From Oculatellaceae cyanobacterium bins.114 (GTDB lineage: Bacteria; Cyanobacteriota; Cyanobacteriia; Elainellales; Elainellaceae), in contig JANRJA010000146.1 in assembly GCA_033764315.1 (NCBI GenBank), positions 1 to 12,081 of the forward strand: a stretch of 12,081 bases of DNA. The letters are read 5' to 3'. The notes beneath the pieces are model-generated. The model made no database searches. It saw only the letters and a list, made by a program, of their open reading frames with translations, and was not told where the DNA came from. This document shows, one piece after another, positions 7,022 through 12,081 of the stretch (positions are counted from its first letter, which is position 1; each line of letters begins with the position of its first letter). The translations under genes and the position numbers were made by a program.

Positions 7022-7058
7022 AAAAAAACTCTGCCCCTATCGTCTTGATGAGGCAGAG
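7022..7058 (-). terminator. Rho-independent terminator for the 7105..7782 gene
   Basis: Stem CTCTGCC (7029-7035) / GGCAGAG (7052-7058) with inner TATC/GATG pairing. A7 at 7022-7028 reads as U7 on the - strand, about 50 nt past the stop codon. Confidence 0.8.
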
Positions 7059-7104
7059 CTTAGCAAACTGAGAATGACACAGGTATGACACCGTGTGTCG
7101 CTTC

Positions 7105-7782
7105 TTAAATGCTCTTGGGCTTAGCTTGAGTCGAGCGAGGCTTGCGTGGGGTTGATGTGCTTGAGGTTTTCTTAGCTGTTGTCTTTGTCGTTGCCTCAGA
7201 TGTTTTAGCCGCTTTAGTCGTTTTCGCTTTAGTCGGCTTAGTTGCTTTTGCTGGCTCAACTACTTTTTCAGCAACCGAGGGTTTGGCTTTAGCTGCCGCT
7301 CGACTAGAGGGAGGTTTAGGCGTACCCTTTGCAGGGCCGCGTCGCTTTGCAGGAGTAGGAGCGGTTTCAGCGGCAGCGACTGACTCAGTTGCAGTGGACT
7401 CAGCAGGGGTTGCAGTTGAGATACCTGCCGCTTCAGCTGCTTTTTCAGCCTTTGTGCGACGTGGTTTACGAGTCTTGCCTTTGGTCTTGGGAGCTTGCTG
7501 ACGAAACCTCAACATGTAGTACTGCAAAGATGCAGGGGTGATTTCAATGCCTTTGTCATTCAGCAATGTGACAACTTCTTCGCGGCTATACCCTTTTGCT
7601 AAAGCAGCGGTGATGGGGTCTACCAGCAATTGAATCGCTTCTCGCAACTGCAACGTTTCCTTTGGCTTCTCTGGTAAGTCGGCAAGTGTGAGAGAAGCTT
7701 TTTCAATCATTGATTTAGGAACAGCAGCAGTAGTTACTCGTCTCTTGGACTTGCTTGGCGATCGCTCTTGTGTGGTAGCCAT
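7105..7782 (-). CDS. Putative DNA-binding protein: N-terminal MobC/TraK-like helical HTH domain plus Lys/Ala/Pro/Thr-rich histone-H1-like tail
   Basis: 225 aa. AGGAGA Shine-Dalgarno upstream (tctcct at 7795-7800) and its own terminator. Core LREAIQLLVDPITAALAKGYSREEVVTLLNDKGIEITPASLQYY, followed by a low-complexity basic tail (AKATKPTKAKTTKAAKT...). The family resemblance is from memory. Confidence 0.75.
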   Translation of the reverse strand: MATTQERSPSKSKRRVTTAAVPKSMIEKASLTLADLPEKPKETLQLREAIQLLVDPITAALAKGYSREEVVTLLNDKGIEITPASLQYYMLRFRQQAPKTKGKTRKPRRTKAEKAAEAAGISTATPAESTATESVAAAETAPTPAKRRGPAKGTPKPPSSRAAAKAKPSVAEKVVEPAKATKPTKAKTTKAAKTSEATTKTTAKKTSSTSTPRKPRSTQAKPKSI

Positions 7783-7900
7783 GTTTGGTATAGTTCTCCT
7801 TTTATGGATTGGTGATTGGAATTCTAGTTGGAATTCTGTGATGCTGCGGCGACTGGTCAGTTATTACTGAACTGATCGTGCTGATGACTAATGAGCATTC

Positions 7901-7920
7901 ATCATACTTGCTATCATACT
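7901..7920 (-). promoter_or_regulatory. Duplicated AGTATGAT, candidate tandem -10 boxes for the 7105..7782 gene
   Basis: ATCATACT at 7901-7908 and 7913-7920. Each contains TATGAT on the - strand, about 120-140 nt upstream of the start codon. Confidence 0.3.
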
Positions 7921-8104
7921 CGTTCGGATCAAATTTTCATCATTTTGTTCCTAAATTTATGCATTGGTGTGTAAGATCGCGAAACTGTAGAAGTACAACT
8001 CTTAGCAGTTTAAAGACTGCTCTGGGCAGCAATCGATTCTCATGTACGGTTTAGAACGAAACGACTCATCGACATGATCAACCCTCATGCCAAAAACTTT
8101 TAGA

Positions 8105-11100
8105 TCACGTTAGCTCCCGAAACTGCCAGGGCAGAGAAATGGAGAACCTGACCCAGTCCTTTTCACTCGTAACAGAAATATTGCCTTGCAACAGGTCTAC
8201 TAGTTTTTTGACTAATGCTAATCCCAACCCGGTTCCTCCATGTTTCCAGGGGTCACTGTTGGGAATGCGGTAGAACTTTTCAAAAATGCGATCGCACTCT
8301 GTAGGCGGAATATTGGCTCCAGAATTGTGAATTGTAATTTTCACAAATGGATCAACCTCATCGACAACGACCCTAATGGATTCACGCGGTGGCGTATACT
8401 TACAAGCATTTTGCAATAGTTCGGTCAAAATGCGGTCAAGACAGGAAGGGTCTGTTGTGAGAGATGGTAAATCAGAAGGGATCTGAACCTGGATGTGTTG
8501 CTGTGCCTGTTGAGTGCGTTCGAGAAATGGCTCTACAATTTGAGGAATCCAGGTTTGTAAGGTCAGTTGAGCCAAGTTGAGTGACAGGGTATCCGCTTCT
8601 AATCGTGTTAAATCTAATAAGTCATTAATCAAGCCGGTCTCTCGTTGGCATTCCTGATGCAAGATTTGGAGATATTGCGTGGCTTTTACCCGGAACTGGG
8701 GTGAGGGGTCGCTAACAGACGTGATAACCTCTTGGCTTTGGGTAAACAGGCTCAACTGCAACATCTGAGTTGCCATTCTAATGTTGGCCATCGGTGCCCG
8801 TAGTTCATGGGAAACCGTACTCAAAAAATCATCTTTGAGATGATTGAGACGTTCCAACTCTATGACTTGAGCTTGGGCTGTTTGATAGAGCCGAGACTGA
8901 CGCAGGGCGATCGCACATTGATTGGCTACCTGTTGCACCAATCGCACTTCCTGCTCATTAAAACGGGTTTCAGAGGGTTTAAACAGCCACAAGTCGCCCA
9001 ACACTCCCTGATTATCTCGAATGGGACAAGCCAGAATGGTCAGCAAAAGTTGATCTGAGCGGATCAAATCAGGTTTTAAGTTGCAAAACTGACACAGTTG
9101 ACCCTGCATCAAATGAATATAGACATCTGGGTGGGAAGCCGTTGCGATCGCAAAGGTTTGTCCTTGAACTGAACTGAAGTTTTGAGTAAATTCGTAGACA
9201 ATCGTAGACGTGGTCTGATCAGGGTTATAAATTCCTGCATCACAACACTCTAAATTCAATCCTGCGGCTAGTTCATTGACTACCGTTTGCAAAATTTGCT
9301 GCTCATCTAAGCTATCGCGAACTTTATCGGTAATCCGTTTTAACAGGGCTTCAAACTCTAATAGTTGTTGCAGTTGTGCCGTGCGCTCATTGACTTGTTG
9401 CTCCAACGTTTCATAGAGATGCACATTTTCAATGGCGATCGCAGTGGCATCGGCTAACGATTTCAACAGGTTTACCTCTCCAGGCGTTGGGGTATAGGGA
9501 GTTGCCCAATAACTGCCAATCGCACCCAGGGGTTGAGTCCCACCCAGCGGTACCATGATGAGGCTTTTAATAAACGTAGCTTGATACAGCTCGCTAGAAA
9601 TTCGCGGATCATTACAAATATCAGGAACGATAGCTGGCTCACGATGCTGTATGACCCAACCACTGATGCAATTTTCTATCGGAAATCGTTGCCCTTTCCA
9701 AAGAGGAGCGATCGCATCCTCTTCAACGTAATGACACATATCTCCATCGCGCAAAACAAATGTGGCACCATCGGTTGCCATTAATCGACGAATGGTGCCT
9801 TGCACCGCCGTCAGAATCGTTTGTATGTCACGGGCAGCTACCAATTGCTGAATGGTTTGAATGAGATATTGGAGTTGTTGGTTGAGGCGATAGGCTTCGA
9901 TCTCGATTTGCTTGCGATCGGCTTCAATTTTTTTACGTTCTGTAATATCGTTTGCCATCGCAACGACGAGGTTTCTGTTATCTAAGAGTTGCCCTAATGG
10001 AGAAGCATAAACATCCCAGATGCGGGTTTCACCCATCGATGTTGTCACCGCATATTCGCCCATAGCCGTTGGGTGTTTTAATGGAAACACCTGGCTGATT
10101 TTGTCTTGCACCTGGTCTTTATGAGTGCCATAGGCTTTTTCAAGCCAATCATCAAGCGTTGGAATATCAGAAATGGTATATCCTGTACTGTCTACCCAGG
10201 CTTGGTTAAGCTGGAGCACTTCGCCATCTTCTGTGTGTAGCATGATGGGCAAAGGGGCATTGAGAATTCCCAGGCGAAATCGTTCTTCACTCCCTTCCAA
10301 TGCTATCTCTGTCTGTCTGCGATCGGTAACATCAAGGATGACTCCCAACATACGTTGGGGTTGCCCAGATGAGTTATAAATGGCCTGCCCTTTGCCAATT
10401 AACCAACGAATGTCACCATTTGGATGAATGACCCGATAATGCGCTTCGTAACAAGTTTGGTCGGTCAAGGCGGATTGAATAGCTAACTCAACCGCATGCA
10501 AATCATCAGGATGCACGCGATCGCACCAAGTTTGATAACTGACCTCCGTGGTTTCTGGATCTAAGCCAAGTAAGCGAAAATGGTTTTCATTCCAGATCAC
10601 CTGATTGGTTTGGGGGTTCCAATCCCAGGTTCCAATCTGACCAAAGTCGAGGGCTAGACGCAGTTGTTCTTCACTGACTCGTAACTTGGCTTCAGTTTGG
10701 TGTAGTTGGGTCTGTAATCGTACCGTTTCAAGGACTCCACTCACCGCTATTTCAAGTGTCTCTGGGGTGATCTGCCCTTTAACCAAATAGTCTTGTGCAC
10801 CTGCTTTAATCACTTTAACTGCGATCGCCTCATTGCCCTGACCAGTCACCACAACAATCGGCAAAACAGAGTGCTGTATTTGTTGTTGCAGGTGAGATAG
10901 AAACTCTAACCCATTTAAGTCAGGCAATTGATAGTCTAGAATCACCACATCAGGGCGGCTCTGTTGCCATTTCTCCAACCCTTCATATCCCAGAGCAGCT
11001 TCTACTAATATGTAAGACCGTTCTTTGTTGCTCAATAAATAGCGTCGATACAGTTCTCGATCTTCTGGAGAGTCATCAATGATCAAAATAGTGCAGGGTT

Positions 11101-11110
11101 GTTGACTCAT
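8105..11110 (-). CDS. Cytoplasmic hybrid sensor histidine kinase: REC-PAS-PAS-GAF-GAF-HisKA-HATPase_c
   Basis: 1001 aa. REC: ILIIDD...DVVILDYQLPDLNG...VTG...DYLVK. PAS: GTWDW...VHPDD...DVTDR and a second ending NDITER. GAF1: LWKGQRFP...SLIMVPL. GAF2: LACPI...GDLWL...VANQCAIALRQ. H-box FLSTVSHELRAPM, N-box ELLQNACKYTP, F-box IFEKFYR and G-box GGTGLGL. AGGAG upstream. No TM segment. Confidence 0.95.
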   Translation of the reverse strand: MSQQPCTILIIDDSPEDRELYRRYLLSNKERSYILVEAALGYEGLEKWQQSRPDVVILDYQLPDLNGLEFLSHLQQQIQHSVLPIVVVTGQGNEAIAVKVIKAGAQDYLVKGQITPETLEIAVSGVLETVRLQTQLHQTEAKLRVSEEQLRLALDFGQIGTWDWNPQTNQVIWNENHFRLLGLDPETTEVSYQTWCDRVHPDDLHAVELAIQSALTDQTCYEAHYRVIHPNGDIRWLIGKGQAIYNSSGQPQRMLGVILDVTDRRQTEIALEGSEERFRLGILNAPLPIMLHTEDGEVLQLNQAWVDSTGYTISDIPTLDDWLEKAYGTHKDQVQDKISQVFPLKHPTAMGEYAVTTSMGETRIWDVYASPLGQLLDNRNLVVAMANDITERKKIEADRKQIEIEAYRLNQQLQYLIQTIQQLVAARDIQTILTAVQGTIRRLMATDGATFVLRDGDMCHYVEEDAIAPLWKGQRFPIENCISGWVIQHREPAIVPDICNDPRISSELYQATFIKSLIMVPLGGTQPLGAIGSYWATPYTPTPGEVNLLKSLADATAIAIENVHLYETLEQQVNERTAQLQQLLEFEALLKRITDKVRDSLDEQQILQTVVNELAAGLNLECCDAGIYNPDQTTSTIVYEFTQNFSSVQGQTFAIATASHPDVYIHLMQGQLCQFCNLKPDLIRSDQLLLTILACPIRDNQGVLGDLWLFKPSETRFNEQEVRLVQQVANQCAIALRQSRLYQTAQAQVIELERLNHLKDDFLSTVSHELRAPMANIRMATQMLQLSLFTQSQEVITSVSDPSPQFRVKATQYLQILHQECQRETGLINDLLDLTRLEADTLSLNLAQLTLQTWIPQIVEPFLERTQQAQQHIQVQIPSDLPSLTTDPSCLDRILTELLQNACKYTPPRESIRVVVDEVDPFVKITIHNSGANIPPTECDRIFEKFYRIPNSDPWKHGGTGLGLALVKKLVDLLQGNISVTSEKDWVRFSISLPWQFRELT

Positions 11111-11379
11111 GCTGACTCCTGTAGAGAATCAAACAAGCAATGGGTTTTGCACCAATCATTTACTCTAGCTTGAATGGCATATTCAAAGGGATTACCATCC
11201 GTTGTTGATGGGATTTTGTGCAGAAAAGCTCTATTTGGATCGAAATTTTGATTAAGATTAGTGTTGTTAGGAGGGGTTAAAGCAACAACAGAAATTTTGT
11301 TTAGGGTTTGATCAAAGTTGAGGTGGCATAGAGCTTTTTGTCCCTCGATTTCAAATAGATTTAGAGTCAGCGCAATCAT
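11107..11379 (-). CDS. Hypothetical protein, 90 aa, overlapping the kinase start
   Basis: ATG start. Its TGA overlaps the kinase ATG (ATGA, 11107-11110). No family recognised. Confidence 0.5.
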   Translation of the reverse strand: MIALTLNLFEIEGQKALCHLNFDQTLNKISVVALTPPNNTNLNQNFDPNRAFLHKIPSTTDGNPFEYAIQARVNDWCKTHCLFDSLQESA

Positions 11380-11710
11380 GGTAGAGTGTGAAGCAACCTC
11401 TGCATCAGTGTACCCATCCTGATAAAGAAAAAACAGAAACTCCTGATGGCTGTTAATACAATGATGAATAAATCGCTATTCAGGAATATATTCTATATTT
11501 ATCAGCTTATAACCATAGTTGTAAATTGCTTGAACTCAGCATCAAAATTTTAACGAAAGAGTTGATAGTGGCAGGGGGATAAGGGTAGAACTCCCATTCG
11601 CTTGCTCTAACTATTTTGATGATGACTCTATAGTGATGTGTAAGTTGCTTCAGTATAAGGGGGCTGATTGACTGACAAATCTTTAAGTTGCAGAAAACTT
11701 GAATAGAGTC

Positions 11711-11875
11711 ATACCTATTTGAGCTGAAAACGTGCAAACGCGAACCCTCCCAACCTTCCCTTGCTAAGGGGAGGTGCCGTAGGACGTTTGGCAAAGCTCA
11801 GACATTCGGCGAAGCTCAGTCGAGCCGTCGAGCCGCAGTGGGGTCAAGTGCAAGGTTCGCTGTTTAAATGGGTAT
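11711..11875. mobile_element. MITE-like palindromic element containing a nested 2 x 26-bp insertion
   Basis: Imperfect terminal inverted repeats ATACCTATTTGAGC (11711-11724) / GTTTAAATGGGTAT (11862-11875), matching at 11 of 14. Inner inverted repeat GCGAACC (11740-11746) / GGTTCGC (11854-11860). Hairpin ACCTTCCCTT-gct-AAGGGGAGGT (11753-11775). AABB repeat at 11783-11834. Confidence 0.7.
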
Positions 11876-11952
11876 TAGTCTGTGCATGTGGACTTCGATC
11901 GGGTCGGTGCGGACTCATCCGCCAGCCACTGACTATAAAGATAGCTTTCAAT

Positions 11953-11996
11953 CAAAACAAACCCCCTAAAAGCTCTTAAAGAAGACTTTAGGGGGT
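11953..11996 (-). terminator. Probable intrinsic terminator for a - strand gene entering from the right edge
   Basis: Perfect 10-bp stem ACCCCCTAAA (11961-11970) / TTTAGGGGGT (11987-11996). The A-rich run on the left reads as a U-rich tail on the - strand. Confidence 0.65.
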
Positions 11997-12015
11997 CAAT
12001 TCTTTATTTGCGACA

Positions 12016-12081
12016 TTACAGAAGGGCTATGACGGAGTGCAGTTTACCCTCATACCCCTTCCTAACCAACTCTTTAGTTGC
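12016..12081 (-). CDS. Possible 3' end of a gene starting outside the window
   Basis: Open frame ...ATKELVRKGYEGKLHSVIALL* ending at TAA (12016-12018), about 20 nt before the terminator hairpin. Too short to identify. Confidence 0.4.
   Translation of the reverse strand, partial: ATKELVRKGYEGKLHSVIALL

Larger units (their letters stand above)
130..10828. repeat. HIP1 octamer GCGATCGC, 17 dispersed perfect copies
   Basis: Copies start at 130, 1252, 1372, 2634, 4059, 4880, 5293, 5597, 6938, 7758, 8288, 8907, 9144, 9435, 9708, 10517 and 10821 (manual count). Confidence 0.92.

Noticed and set aside
5272..7870. ORFs 5272..5508, 5474..5659, 5669..6013, 6538..6780, 7020..7259, 7142..7501 and 7688..7870
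   Set aside because: All overlap better-supported genes. The hydrophobic look of 7142..7501 is just the antisense of Lys/Ala/Thr codons.
8860..9810. Kinase GAF domains as cyanobacteriochrome photoreceptors
   Set aside because: No DxCF/CH-type bilin-binding motif or LWGLLIAH-type signature is visible in either GAF.
8807..10379. Short ORFs inside the kinase gene (8807..9058, 9472..9663, 9533..9784, 9800..9985, 10173..10379)
   Set aside because: Antisense or alternate-frame shadows of the 1001-aa kinase.
11507..11979. ORFs 11507..11794 (-) and 11761..11979 (+)
   Set aside because: Both start inside the MITE-like repeat and run into AT-rich intergenic DNA, with no motif or ribosome-binding site support.
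12063..12075. TAACCAACTCTTT resembles the right end of the 1972-2162 element (TAACCAACCTCTTT)
   Set aside because: The match needs an indel, has no partner repeat in view, and lies in a probable coding 3' end, so it is likely chance.

Overview
This window is cyanobacterial DNA. I counted 17 perfect HIP1 octamers (GCGATCGC) by eye, against about 0.2 expected by chance. The left 4.15 kb (+ strand) is a fructose-type PEP:sugar phosphotransferase (PTS) operon: the C-terminal part of Enzyme I (truncated by the window edge), a 1-phosphofructokinase (PfkB family) and a fructose-family EIIB-EIIB-EIIC permease. This is the main surprise, because cyanobacteria are generally described as lacking sugar-transporting PTSs, yet these genes carry HIP1 sites like the rest of the window. 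Downstream is an unannotated 51-aa single-TM ORF with a candidate OmpR/PhoB-type promoter and a structured leader. The remaining genes are on the - strand: a CAP/SCP lipoprotein, a HAD-IIIA phosphatase, a PpiC-type PPIase with an apparently eroded 5' end, a MobC/TraK-like HTH protein with a histone-H1-like tail, and a REC-PAS-PAS-GAF-GAF hybrid histidine kinase with a small coupled upstream ORF. Intergenic spaces hold two MITE-like elements (one with a self-nested 26-bp insertion), a REP-like palindrome, a 16-bp tandem repeat and two intrinsic terminators. All family calls come from motif recognition, not database searches.
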